Below are positions 1 to 9,345 of a stretch of DNA of 64,000 nt, in pieces. Position 1 is the stretch's first letter, and every line of letters starts with the position of its first letter. The DNA is taken from NCBI GenBank assembly GCA_050012035.1, contig JBEKHY010000019.1, forward strand, positions 971 to 64,970. The letters run 5' to 3'. This DNA is from Verrucomicrobiota bacterium (GTDB lineage: Bacteria > Verrucomicrobiota > Verrucomicrobiia > Limisphaerales > UBA11358). The translations under genes and the position numbers were made by a program. The notes beneath the pieces were generated by a model. The model was given only the letters and a program-made list of their open reading frames with translations, was not told the origin of the DNA and did no database searches.

Positions 1-150
1 AACGTCGGCATAGTGCAATCCATTCACTTTTGTAATGCTTTTTGAGTTTTCTTGGAGGCCACGCCTTCTCGCATCAATGATGGAAGATTGAGGATGGAGG
101 GTGGCGATCCGTCTTCATCCGCCGGCGCGAGCTACGGCGCGCTGGTTGGT

Positions 151-288
151 TCAGCGAAACAAATCGCTGTGTGTGCCCGTGCGCTCAAACCGGACATGGC
201 CGCCGTTCTCCGTGAGCGTGTAGATCAGAACCCAGTCCGATTCAACATGACAGTCGCCCTTCCCTGCGGGGCTATGCAGGGCAGGCAT
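151..288 (-). pseudogene. Truncated YafQ/RelE-family toxin remnant (C-terminal part only)
   Basis: Manual minus-strand translation gives MPALHSPAGKGDCHVESDWVLIYTLTENGGHVRFERTGTHSDLFR*. The CH..DW.LIY ... RTG(S/T)HSDLF tail is the conserved C-terminus of YafQ-type toxins. The ORF is only 45 codons and lies directly downstream of the DinJ-like antitoxin. The N-terminal half is replaced by a TTCAACA heptamer block (286-320). Confidence 0.55.
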
Positions 289-340
289 TCAACATTCAAC
301 ACTCAACATTCAACATTGAATGAGGGACGGCTGAAGGTTC

Positions 341-601
341 TCACATGCCCAAATCGGCGTAGAGTTCCTTTTTGCTGCCAAAACGCTTCACCCCCCGGCC
401 CGCCTTGCTCGCGTTGAGCGTGCGGGCGGTGAGCGCGTTCGGAATCCGCACATCGAAAGGCAGGCCGCGTTGCAGTTTGATCTGCCGGTAAAGCAGATGA
501 ACCGTTTCGGAAGCCGTCAGCCCCAGATGGCCGAGGATGTCTTCAACCTCGCTCTTGAGGCCGGGCTCGACCCGGGCACGAATGGTGGCGGTTTTGCTCA
601 T
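341..601 (-). CDS. Type II toxin-antitoxin system RelB/DinJ family antitoxin
   Basis: 86 aa. The N-terminus TIRARVEPGLKSEVEDILGHLGLTASETVHLLYRQI matches the ribbon-helix-helix DinJ/RelB pattern (I.vRvD..lK..a..il..lGls.s.ai.lfl.qv). Confidence 0.8.
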   Translation of the reverse strand: MSKTATIRARVEPGLKSEVEDILGHLGLTASETVHLLYRQIKLQRGLPFDVRIPNALTARTLNASKAGRGVKRFGSKKELYADLGM

Positions 602-608
602 GGGACGA

Positions 609-631
609 ATGTAGCCCTGTTGTGGCTACAT
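609..631. promoter_or_regulatory. Perfect 8-bp-arm palindrome ATGTAGCC-N7-GGCTACAT, 8 nt upstream of the antitoxin start; candidate autoregulatory operator
   Basis: Read directly from the sequence. Type II antitoxins commonly bind palindromes that overlap their own promoter. Confidence 0.3.
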
Positions 632-898
632 GGCAAGAAGTTTCCGGAGGTGGTTGCTGTTTGGCTGAGGGCGGTGGAAAAACATCGAACACCGAATGAA
701 TGGGAAAAATCTACGGCAGATCGGTGTGGCCCACCTGTTGAATTCAGAATGCAGAATGCGGAATTTCTCAACGTTTTTACTCTGCGCCCTTTGCGGCTTC
801 CGCCTTCGCAAGCTACGGCGCGACAGGCTGCGTTAAGAAATCTACGGCATCCGCGTCCATCCGCGGTTCAATTCTCTGTTTCGGACGCTACTCCCGGT

Positions 899-1615
899 TC
901 AGGACGCAGTCTCTCTGGAACGAAAGCGGTAAAGCAGCAAAAAGCCAACGGCGAGCACGCCAATCACGGACGGCTCAGGCACAGGAGTAACCGTGGCGTC
1001 GAGTCCGGTCGTGTCCCATCCCCACGGCAAACCGTCAGTCCCCACCGCAAAATCCACAACGTCTCCCGCATTAAGCTGGATGGTCTGATTGAAGTCCGTC
1101 ACGCTGGTGGTGCCATACACCTCGCTGTCGAAAAAGGACGTTCCGTTCAGGAGGATGTGAACGTCGGTTTTGGCGCCAAAGTATTGATCCACGCTGCTGA
1201 ATGCCCCTTGAATCTGATACTCACCGCTCTCAGGAGGGTTGAAGCGAAGGACACAGTATTGACCACCGGAACCGGGGTCCATGGAGAGTTGATACGGATT
1301 CCAGACCATATCGTTCATCCCCCCGTCGATGGTAATGGTGCTGGCAGTTGGATTAAAGGCAAAACTCGGACCGTTCGGGTCCTGGCTGGCATTGCGCCAG
1401 ATGTACAAGCCATAGCTGTTTTGGATAGCTACGTCGTCGAGACCCATGGGGGCGCCCAAGGTGTAGCTGAAGCCGTAGCTCCAGACACCATTCGGATTTG
1501 AGTTCAATGAAAAATCGTTCGCCGCATTGTAGGTGATGCCACTGCAATTTGACTGAAATGTTATCAACCCTCCGGCGAGGATTGCCTGTGTAACCAGATG
1601 AACAATTTTGCGCAT
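899..1615 (-). CDS. PEP-CTERM sorting domain-containing secreted protein
   Basis: N-terminal signal-like segment. The C-terminus VPEPSVIGVLAVGFLLLYRFRSR has the PEP motif, a TM helix and a basic tail. Confidence 0.8.
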   Translation of the reverse strand: MRKIVHLVTQAILAGGLITFQSNCSGITYNAANDFSLNSNPNGVWSYGFSYTLGAPMGLDDVAIQNSYGLYIWRNASQDPNGPSFAFNPTASTITIDGGMNDMVWNPYQLSMDPGSGGQYCVLRFNPPESGEYQIQGAFSSVDQYFGAKTDVHILLNGTSFFDSEVYGTTSVTDFNQTIQLNAGDVVDFAVGTDGLPWGWDTTGLDATVTPVPEPSVIGVLAVGFLLLYRFRSRETAS

Positions 1616-2101
1616 AATATCAGGAATGAAGGTTTGGGTTTAACTTGGTTCTGTGCCGAGGATATTACCCGGCGCGTCGCTGTCATTATATAACCCGGCA
1701 ACCCGGAGGCAAGCAAAAACTGATTTCACAATGCGTTTTTTTTCGTAAGTTGTTCTTAACTGGCAGCTTGGAGGGCAGACTCCTTGCGATTGAAGAAATT
1801 TGGCGCGGCGCGGCGGTGCGTTCCCACGAGAAAATCAGTGTTAATTCGTGAAATTCGTGTGAAAGGATGTTTGCTTTCTTTGCGTTCCTTTGCGGCCTCG
1901 GCGTCTCTGCGTTAAAAAACTGGATTGCACAGGAGGCAACGAAGTACTGAAAGATGCTTCCACACTTTGTTTCCTTCGTTTTCTTCGGTAAAAGCTTCTG
2001 CGCCTTCTTGCGGCCAAATATTTCGCGGTTTCAATCCGTGTTCATCCATCTCCACCCGTGGTTGAATATTTGTTGCGACGGCAGTCCCGCCCGCGGCACG
2101 T

Positions 2102-4387
2102 TCACGCGCACGGCTGCGTTTTAAGTTGTTGGAGACGACCGCGCAGGGCGAACGTAAGCGCTTTGACGGTGATCTCCGAAGTGAGAAACGGTTTCACCAT
2201 GAGGTCGTTGCCGCCGCTGAGGGTTGACTGGCAGCGCGTGTCGAAGTCGCTCAGGCGGGTGACAAAGACCACCGGCGTGACGCGGTTGAGAATGGTTTCG
2301 CGAATTTTTGAGCAGACTTCGAACCCGTCCATGCCGGGCATCAGCACGTCCAGGAAAATCACGTCGAATGGTTTTTTCAGCGCCAGGGCGAGTGCCGCCA
2401 CTCCGTTCTCCGCGCTTTTCGGCTTTTCAAAAACCGTTTGCAGGGCGCCGACGAGCGCCCGGCGCGCCACGAGATCATCGTCCACCACCAGCATGTGAAT
2501 CGGCGGATTGATGGCCAGGTCCGCTTTCATTCCCGGCACACACAGGTCATTGAGCAAATCCACCGCGGCGGTCACGGTGACCAGCGCGGACGGCGTGGCA
2601 TGCCTGGAATTCTGCAGCATTTTTCTGAGCAGTCCTTCCAGCGCGGCACTCAATTGATAAGCTGGATGCACCACCGGGGGGGCAGGCCTGGGAAGCAATG
2701 AATTAATGCGCAGAAAGCCATCCACCAGCATGATCTGCCGCGTCTCCTCATTCGTGGTCCGAAGCATCGCCTGACAAAGTTCCTGCAACGGGCCAAGGTG
2801 CATGGACGCGCGGGTCAAGAAGACATTGGTAAACTCGCTCGGCTCCGACGGCGGCGTTGAAAGCGGCGTTCGCAGGGCGATGGTGGAACTGGGGACGGGA
2901 CGCGGATGCTCCGTGACCGTCGCCAACAAATCCGCCGTGTCCCGGCTCTGGTCGGGTTTCGGGAGAGGTTTCTGAGCGCGCCCGTGGAGACGACCGTGCA
3001 ACGCGAGCGTGAGCGCCTTGACGGTGACTTCAAAGAGGAGAAATGGTTTCCCCATGAGATCGTTGCCGCCGCTGAGGGTTGACTTGCAGCGTGCGTCGAA
3101 GTCGCTCAGGCGGGTGACAAAGACCACCGGCGTAGCGCGGTTGGGAACGGTGTCGCGAATTTTTGTGCAGACCTCGAACCCGTCCATGCCCGGCATGACC
3201 ACGTCCAGAAAAATCACGTCGTAAGCCTGCTGGGCGGCCCGGGCCAATGCCGTTTCGCCATCCATAGCGAGGTCCGGCTGGCTAAACGCTTTTTCCAGCG
3301 AGCGGGACAAGGCCTGGCGGCTTATCATGTCGTCGTCTACGACCAAAAACTTGAGGGGACGATCCGTCAGGAGATCCGGTGGCAATCCCGGCACGCACAA
3401 ATCGTCCAGCAAATCCAGGCCGCCAGCGACGGTTCGCAGGGTGGAAGGCGTGACATTCCTCATTTCCTCGGTGAGCTGTTTGAGCAGTCCCTCCAGGGCG
3501 GAAGCCGCCTGCCACACCGGGAGCGCCTCCGGAATACCGGCCTCGTCTTTCAGCACACCCATCTCGAAATATAGATTCGTCAGCATTTTTTGCCGGGCCA
3601 GGTCGCTCGACTCCCGACCGATGTCCTGAAGGAGCTTTCGCCGCGTGACGAGGCGCTCTTTCGCCCGTGCATAAAATTCGTTGAGCGGATTGTCATTCTC
3701 AGGCAAGCCGGCGGGTGGTGAGGCGAACGGACCGACCCGGAACACCGTAAGAAACTCGCCAAAGGCTTTCTCCTCCGCGCGAACTCTTGCCGAAGGATTC
3801 CACCCGGCGGCCGGAGCAAGCGCCCACGGACTGAACCGCTGGTTGATGTCAACGAGAACCCGGGGGGCAAATCTGCGGACAATCAGAACTCCGGTCAAAA
3901 CGAACGCGGCGGCGAAAAAAAGCAGCTGTAAGACGATTCCGGATGAAGCGGTGGAAGGTGGCGTTGGGGCCGCCTCCATTTTCGGACCGTTGATCAAATT
4001 TGCCGCGGTGGATCTTGGAACATTTGTGCCCATGGCATCGGGGATGGACACACGTTTCCGGTAACGCTCCTGGCGTTCCCTGGCGTTTTGTTGGATTATT
4101 TCCCATTGGATGGACCCCGGCTGCGGTGGCGGCGTCTCGAATTCGCCAGTATTCATATCCGCAGCTCCGCGCAACGGCAGGCACCAAAGTCCCGCCACAA
4201 AGAGAATCAAAGACGGGTTAATCCATGACGCCCGCGCCACACCGGGAACCATTCGACGGGCAAAAGCTTGCGCCGCCATTTTGAGCCGGTTCATCAGTCC
4301 AAATGGAATCAGCCGGGCAGCCGGTTGCGACCGCAAGCCAGCCGCCAACCCATTGAATGCCGATTTCGGTCCCATTTTTCCAATCAT
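2102..4387 (-). CDS. Membrane-anchored protein with two tandem response-regulator receiver (REC) domains, each preceded by a degenerate Hpt-like helical segment
   Basis: Two REC domains (LVVDDD...DVIFLDVVMPGMDGFEVC...VVFVT...GKPF and MLVVDDD...DVIFLDVLMPGMDGFEVC...VVFVT...VKPF). Hydrophobic segments lie in the N-terminal 180 aa. I recognise no output domain. Confidence 0.8.
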   Translation of the reverse strand: MIGKMGPKSAFNGLAAGLRSQPAARLIPFGLMNRLKMAAQAFARRMVPGVARASWINPSLILFVAGLWCLPLRGAADMNTGEFETPPPQPGSIQWEIIQQNARERQERYRKRVSIPDAMGTNVPRSTAANLINGPKMEAAPTPPSTASSGIVLQLLFFAAAFVLTGVLIVRRFAPRVLVDINQRFSPWALAPAAGWNPSARVRAEEKAFGEFLTVFRVGPFASPPAGLPENDNPLNEFYARAKERLVTRRKLLQDIGRESSDLARQKMLTNLYFEMGVLKDEAGIPEALPVWQAASALEGLLKQLTEEMRNVTPSTLRTVAGGLDLLDDLCVPGLPPDLLTDRPLKFLVVDDDMISRQALSRSLEKAFSQPDLAMDGETALARAAQQAYDVIFLDVVMPGMDGFEVCTKIRDTVPNRATPVVFVTRLSDFDARCKSTLSGGNDLMGKPFLLFEVTVKALTLALHGRLHGRAQKPLPKPDQSRDTADLLATVTEHPRPVPSSTIALRTPLSTPPSEPSEFTNVFLTRASMHLGPLQELCQAMLRTTNEETRQIMLVDGFLRINSLLPRPAPPVVHPAYQLSAALEGLLRKMLQNSRHATPSALVTVTAAVDLLNDLCVPGMKADLAINPPIHMLVVDDDLVARRALVGALQTVFEKPKSAENGVAALALALKKPFDVIFLDVLMPGMDGFEVCSKIRETILNRVTPVVFVTRLSDFDTRCQSTLSGGNDLMVKPFLTSEITVKALTFALRGRLQQLKTQPCA

Positions 4388-4433
4388 GCATGAAATTCAA
4401 CCGGACCGGCGGACTTTTTCGCCGGCCGCGGAA

Positions 4434-6176
4434 TTACGGCGCCGCATTTTGGCCGGGAGGCACGGTGGCCCACTGGCCACGAGTCACCTGCAACAAACTC
4501 GGCGTCTTTGGCGGCAGCTTGGTCGGGTCATCGAAATTGGCGTCATAAGCCCAGTTGCGGGTGGGCGGGCTATAAATGTTATTATTGTTGTTCCAATAAC
4601 TGGTGGCATAGAGGCTCGGGAACATTTTGATCATCGAACCATTATAGGTGAATTTGGTTGTCCCCCAAGTTTCAAGAAAACGCGGGAAGTTTTCCATGCC
4701 GCCGCTGTAGTGTCCCAAGGTCGTGTCAACGGCGCCGGTCAGAATGGCGGCGTTGACGGTGGTGGATGATGCAACGCGCGAACCCACCGGGTTTGCGCTG
4801 TTCGCGTCCGACCAACTGTCAGACAGAATCGTGATGGCATCGGCCACCAGCGAAGCCGGTAGGGTGGCGGAGGTGTTGGCGGTTCCGAGATTCGTCGTGT
4901 TCAGTTCGTTATAGTCGCCCCAAACGTAAAGCGGACGCCCCGTGGCCACGGTAAGCCCGTTCGGAGGCAGTTGGCGTCCGTTGAACACCCGAACCGCGTT
5001 CAGGTTGTTACCCGTCAACGTGCGGGAATCCAACACATAAACCGAGCTCAAAATCAGATTCGACCCGATGGTAGAGTAACGCAGGCTGGAATTGGTCAGG
5101 CTCCAGGCCGTGAGATTCCCGATATTGATATCAATGGGTTGGACCGTTTTGCCCTCACGCGCGTCCCAAAAACTGTTGGTGATCGAGACAAACGTCGCCA
5201 GATCATTGGTCGGAATATAAGTGTGAAAGCCATTAATTAAATATCCGCTAGTGGCGCTGATCCCGGTATCCGAAGCGACCACAATCATGTCGCACTGATT
5301 ATAATACCGCAGCTGGCCGAGGGCCGAGGTGGGGTCTTCGCCGACGGGCGGCGGTTCGATGATTTCCCGGATGGCTTGCGGGGTGTTGGTGGTGCCGATG
5401 GGCAGCGTCAATGCCGGAACGGGAAAAACCGGTTGATTGGTTTCCGCATAAACCACCGTGCCGGACGGTTTGCCGCGAGTGTCGAGCGGGTCCCGTTGGA
5501 ACAGGACACTTAAAACAGCGGTGACACTGGACTCAAACGTCAGAGAGTTGTCCGGTTCGACGTAGAGTTCCCCGTTGGAATGCACCCGTCCGGTGATATC
5601 GAAAGGCTGGCCGCAACTGATTTCCATTTCACCCGAGGAATACATGGCAAACTGAAAAACGGGGATGCTGGCCAATTGCAATTGCTGAAGCACTCCCGCG
5701 ATGACTTGCTGCGGACTGGCAGTATCTTGTGCGTGTGACACGATCGTATAAGTCGAGACATACCCCTGCAAGCCGGCGTAAGTCGAGTTCAGCACAATGT
5801 AGTTTACCGCCGCTCCGCGTTGCACATACGTCTGGCCAGTATTGCCATTGCCGTCATCGAATTTCCAGGTGCTCCAGTAGGGGGAGTCCGACGACGAAGG
5901 CACCGTGTTCTGATAGGTGTTCAGGTTGTTGATGACCAGCTTCTCAGTGCCGTACAGGAAATCATGGTTGATTTGAGTCACCACCTTTTCCGTGGCGGCT
6001 TCCGCCGCGGCGACCGAACGATTATATTGGATGGAACGGTACGTCAATCGGGTGCTGCTGGCCGACCAGGACATCGCCCCAGCCAGCAACGCCAGGGCGA
6101 TGGCGCTCATGATCAGCGTCAGCATCAGGGCGCTGCCGGTCTGATCCGGCTTTCGGGCTGTAATTGCGGTTTTCAT
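4434..6176 (-). CDS. Large minor-pseudopilin-like protein (PilX/GspK-like N-terminal hydrophobic segment)
   Basis: N-terminus GSALMLTLIMSAIALALLAGAMSWSASSTRL resembles the PilX N-terminal domain. It is the last gene of a three-gene pseudopilin set, separated from the preceding gene by only 2 nt. Confidence 0.55.
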   Translation of the reverse strand: MKTAITARKPDQTGSALMLTLIMSAIALALLAGAMSWSASSTRLTYRSIQYNRSVAAAEAATEKVVTQINHDFLYGTEKLVINNLNTYQNTVPSSSDSPYWSTWKFDDGNGNTGQTYVQRGAAVNYIVLNSTYAGLQGYVSTYTIVSHAQDTASPQQVIAGVLQQLQLASIPVFQFAMYSSGEMEISCGQPFDITGRVHSNGELYVEPDNSLTFESSVTAVLSVLFQRDPLDTRGKPSGTVVYAETNQPVFPVPALTLPIGTTNTPQAIREIIEPPPVGEDPTSALGQLRYYNQCDMIVVASDTGISATSGYLINGFHTYIPTNDLATFVSITNSFWDAREGKTVQPIDINIGNLTAWSLTNSSLRYSTIGSNLILSSVYVLDSRTLTGNNLNAVRVFNGRQLPPNGLTVATGRPLYVWGDYNELNTTNLGTANTSATLPASLVADAITILSDSWSDANSANPVGSRVASSTTVNAAILTGAVDTTLGHYSGGMENFPRFLETWGTTKFTYNGSMIKMFPSLYATSYWNNNNNIYSPPTRNWAYDANFDDPTKLPPKTPSLLQVTRGQWATVPPGQNAAP

Positions 6177-6178
6177 GT

Positions 6179-6796
6179 TTATTGCAGCGTACGTCGCGTC
6201 ATGGAGGTTTCGATTTTGTAATAGTCTGCGCCTACCATGAAACGCGCCGGTTGATAAAATTCAAGGGTGAGGTGAATCACCCGGTTGTTCTGGCTGTTGG
6301 TCAGCACATTCCCGGAAAAATCCTGGGCGGTGAATGCGATAGTGTTGGTTACGGAATCGGCCAGGATGACGGTGTTGGTGCCGCTCGGTGCGGCCACGGT
6401 TTGCCTGAACGTCTCGTCTGACGAACTGATAAAATAGACGATGTAGTTGGCGGTATTCGTGGTCGGATAAATGAACAGGCTGTTACCCTGCTGCGTCTCC
6501 CCATCCAGCAACCCCTCGAAAACACTGTTCGTCGTAATATTGCCGACCTCCACGGAACTACAAGCGCGGACTTCACCTAATATTTCTTCGATTGTTTGGC
6601 GGGACCACGTGATGGCGTTGAGCTTGGTTTGGGTGATTTGAAACATTCTCAAGCCAAGAAGGTTCGCAGCAATGATGCCACCGACCATCAGCAGAAACAC
6701 TGTCGTCGCAATGAGGATTTCCGGCAGGGTGAAGCCTTTGTCCCACATTGGCCATCTGCGGCGACCTGAACCCGGAACTGGAACTCGGAGCTTCAT
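6179..6796 (-). CDS. Prepilin-type N-terminal cleavage/methylation domain protein (minor pseudopilin)
   Basis: KG|FTLPEILIATTVFLLMVGG class-III signal peptide. The start could be 6796 (ATGA overlap with the upstream gene) or 6748 (MWDKG leader). Confidence 0.8.
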   Translation of the reverse strand: MKLRVPVPGSGRRRWPMWDKGFTLPEILIATTVFLLMVGGIIAANLLGLRMFQITQTKLNAITWSRQTIEEILGEVRACSSVEVGNITTNSVFEGLLDGETQQGNSLFIYPTTNTANYIVYFISSSDETFRQTVAAPSGTNTVILADSVTNTIAFTAQDFSGNVLTNSQNNRVIHLTLEFYQPARFMVGADYYKIETSMTRRTLQ

Positions 6797-7260
6797 TGGT
6801 CGGGGGCTCGGATGGTTTCAATGGTGTTGGTGATCCACTCGGTTCCCCGGAATTGCCAGACGCAATCCACCCGGATGCTTTTGATCGGCGGGGTAACTGA
6901 AATCTGTGAAATCGTCGTCATAATGGTGGCCGACGTGCCGCCGGAACCGGATCCGGGCGTATCCAATGAGACGACCTCGTCGGGAAAATTCGTGGCCACC
7001 AACTGGTCCACGTTTGTCGAACCGGCTGTATCCCACTGGGCGCTGCGTGCCTGTTCGATGCGTTCCATCGCCCTGGCACTCGCCGCCTGGACCAGTTCGG
7101 CCTTTACCGCGGCTGTCGTGCAGTAGAGATATCCCGCGACGATTCCCCCTACGGTCAGCCCGGTGATGGCCAAAGCGATAACCACCTCAACCAGCGTCAT
7201 TCCCGCCCGGCCGCGCGGCGGGAATTGACCGTCTTTTTGATTTGAATACCTGGTTTTCAT
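6793..7260 (-). CDS. Prepilin-type N-terminal cleavage/methylation domain protein (minor pseudopilin)
   Basis: RAG|MTLVEVVIALAITGLTVGG motif, with E at +5 and a hydrophobic helix. Confidence 0.8.
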   Translation of the reverse strand: MKTRYSNQKDGQFPPRGRAGMTLVEVVIALAITGLTVGGIVAGYLYCTTAAVKAELVQAASARAMERIEQARSAQWDTAGSTNVDQLVATNFPDEVVSLDTPGSGSGGTSATIMTTISQISVTPPIKSIRVDCVWQFRGTEWITNTIETIRAPDQ

Positions 7261-7454
7261 CGAATTCTGGGCTGCCCGTCAATCGGAGCTTTAGCTTCGC
7301 TACGCAAAGCATTCCCCATAAATTCCAATTTTCCGGGGCAAATTCAGCATGTTTCGGTCCAATTAAAGCGATAAAAGTCGTATTTGAACTGCACCGGCAA
7401 ACCCATGGTAATCTGCGTCAATCTGCGTTCATCCGCGGTTGATGCTTAGTCGAA

Positions 7455-7680
7455 GGTTGAGAGTTGAGGGTTGAGAGCATGGCTCGACGGAGTCTTGCCC
7501 CACCGGTCGGAATTCTCTGCGCTCCTCTGCGTTCTTTGCGATTCTGCGTTAAGAGTTTTGAGGACCAGCCTACGCGCAGACGCTTCGGCGCGGCAGACGA
7601 GGACGATCCGCCGTCGCCGAGGCTATGGCGGACAGGGAATTGAGGGAACGGCTCGTCAGGAGCCTCGCCCCACCGATTGG
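7455..7680. repeat. Mosaic of short dispersed intergenic repeat modules
   Basis: Contains GGTTGAGAGTTGAGGGTTGAGAG (near-identical to 38119-38140). Contains two copies of GGCTCG..GAG.CT.GCCCCACCG (7481-7510 and 7650-7680; a third copy at 38294-38326). Contains CTCTGCG.. /TTCTGCGTTAAG (7516-7554; the family also occurs at 1902-1917 and 9181-9314). Contains GCTATGGCGGACAGG. Confidence 0.75.
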
Positions 7681-7683
7681 GGA

Positions 7684-9168
7684 TTAGGGCAAATCTGTTG
7701 AACCCATTAAACACCGGTCACACTCCCGGGCGGCGCCGCGGCCTTCGTTGAAGGCCCACACCACCAAACTCTGGCCGCGACGGCAATCGCCGCAGGCGAA
7801 CACGCCCGGTATGTTTGTGGTGTATTTTTCGAACTCGGCCTTCACGTTGGTGCGCGGGTCGCGTTCGAGCTTGAGCGCGTCCAGCAACCGTTGTTCCGGT
7901 CCCAGAAAACCCATCGCCAGCAACACGAGTTGCGCCGGCAAAACCTTTTCCGTGCCCGGCACCGGCTTGGGGATGAATTGTCCCTGCGCGTTTTTCTCCC
8001 ACTCAATCTGGACGGTGAGCACTTCCTTCACCTGTCCGTGGTCGTCGCCAATGAATTTTTTGGCGGTGGTCAGATAAATGCGCGGGTCGCCACCAAACTT
8101 CGCCGCGGCCTCTTCCTGGCCGTAGTCCAGCCGATAAATCTTCGGCCATTCGGGCCACGGATTATCAGCCGAACGTTCCAGCGGCGGACGCGGCAGAATT
8201 TCAATCTGCACCAGGCTCCGGCAACCCTGGCGGAGTGACGTGCCCACGCAGTCCGTGCCGGTGTCGCCGCCACCGATGACGATGACGTCCTTGCCCGTGG
8301 CGGAAATGAAGTTCCCGTTCTTCCTGCCATCGAGCAGGCTGCGCGTGTTGGCGGTCAGGAATTCCATCGCGAAATGCACGCCCTTGAGGTCCCGGCCTTC
8401 GATTGGCAGATCACGCGGCTGGGTCGCGCCGGTCGCCAGAATCACGGCGTTAAATTCCTTGAGCAGCTTTTCGGCGGGATAATTTTTGCCCACCTCAGTA
8501 TTGCATACAAACTGGACGCCTTCGGCTTCCATCTGCCGGATGCGGCGCAGGACGACCCGTTCCTTGTCGAGTTTCATGTTCGGGATGCCATACATGAGCA
8601 GGCCGCCGGGGCGGTCGTCGCGCTCGAACACAGTGACGGCATGGCCGGCCCGGTTTAATTGGGCCGCAGCGCACAGGCCCGCCGGGCCGGAGCCGACGAC
8701 GGCGACCTTCTTGCCGGTGTGTTGCTTCGGCGGTTCGGGCACAATCCAACCTTCGTCCCAGCCCTTTTCGGCGATGGCATACTCGATGTTCTTGATAGTG
8801 ACCGGCGGGGCGTTGAAGCCCAGCACGCAGGAACCTTCGCAGGGAGCCGGGCAGACGCGGCCGGTGAATTCGGGAAAATTATTCGTCTTGTGCAGGCGTT
8901 CGAGCGCCTCCTTCCAAAGGCCGCGATAGACGAGGTCGTTCCATTCCGGGATGAGATTGTGGATGGGGCAACCACTGGCCATGCCGCTGAGAAGCGTGCC
9001 GGTCTGGCAGAACGGCGTGCCGCAATCCATGCACCGCGCGCCCTGCTGGCGCAGCCTGGCTTCTTCCATGTGAACATGGAATTCGTTCCAGTCGCGGATG
9101 CGTTCGAGGGCCGGGCGATCCAGCGGCAGTTCACGAAGATATTCGATAAATCCAGTGGGCTTACCCAT
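7684..9168 (-). CDS. gltD: Glutamate synthase (NADPH) small subunit
   Basis: 494 aa. [10 protein letters not shown]...[10 protein letters not shown]...CPAPCEGSC, plus GSGPAGL and GGGDTG dinucleotide folds. Confidence 0.95.
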   Translation of the reverse strand: MGKPTGFIEYLRELPLDRPALERIRDWNEFHVHMEEARLRQQGARCMDCGTPFCQTGTLLSGMASGCPIHNLIPEWNDLVYRGLWKEALERLHKTNNFPEFTGRVCPAPCEGSCVLGFNAPPVTIKNIEYAIAEKGWDEGWIVPEPPKQHTGKKVAVVGSGPAGLCAAAQLNRAGHAVTVFERDDRPGGLLMYGIPNMKLDKERVVLRRIRQMEAEGVQFVCNTEVGKNYPAEKLLKEFNAVILATGATQPRDLPIEGRDLKGVHFAMEFLTANTRSLLDGRKNGNFISATGKDVIVIGGGDTGTDCVGTSLRQGCRSLVQIEILPRPPLERSADNPWPEWPKIYRLDYGQEEAAAKFGGDPRIYLTTAKKFIGDDHGQVKEVLTVQIEWEKNAQGQFIPKPVPGTEKVLPAQLVLLAMGFLGPEQRLLDALKLERDPRTNVKAEFEKYTTNIPGVFACGDCRRGQSLVVWAFNEGRGAARECDRCLMGSTDLP

Positions 9169-9180
9169 TTAAGTTCTAAA

Positions 9181-9314
9181 TTTTAACGCAGAGACGCGGA
9201 GAGCGCAGAGAAACGCAGAGTTTTTTCTTTAGATTTCTCTCAGCGACGCTCCGCGTTCTTTGCCCGTCCTCCGTAGCAAAACTACTGCGGAGGGTGGACG
9301 TCTCTGCGTTAAAA
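9181..9314. repeat. 134-bp hairpin element with perfect 16-bp terminal inverted repeats (TTTTAACGCAGAGACG ... CGTCTCTGCGTTAAAA)
   Basis: The terminal inverted repeats were read directly. There is an internal second hairpin CCTCCGTAG..CTGCGGAGG. The same 16-mer CGTCTCTGCGTTAAAA recurs at 1902-1917. Confidence 0.75.
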
Positions 9315-9345
9315 TTGCCTGTGTTTAATTCTTCCATTACAGACT

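Noticed and set aside
470-1501. 343-aa plus-strand ORF
   Set aside because: It is antisense to the PEP-CTERM gene, which has a signal peptide and a sorting motif. Its composition is Arg/Gly/Ala-rich and typical of high-GC shadow frames. It also spans intergenic repeat modules.
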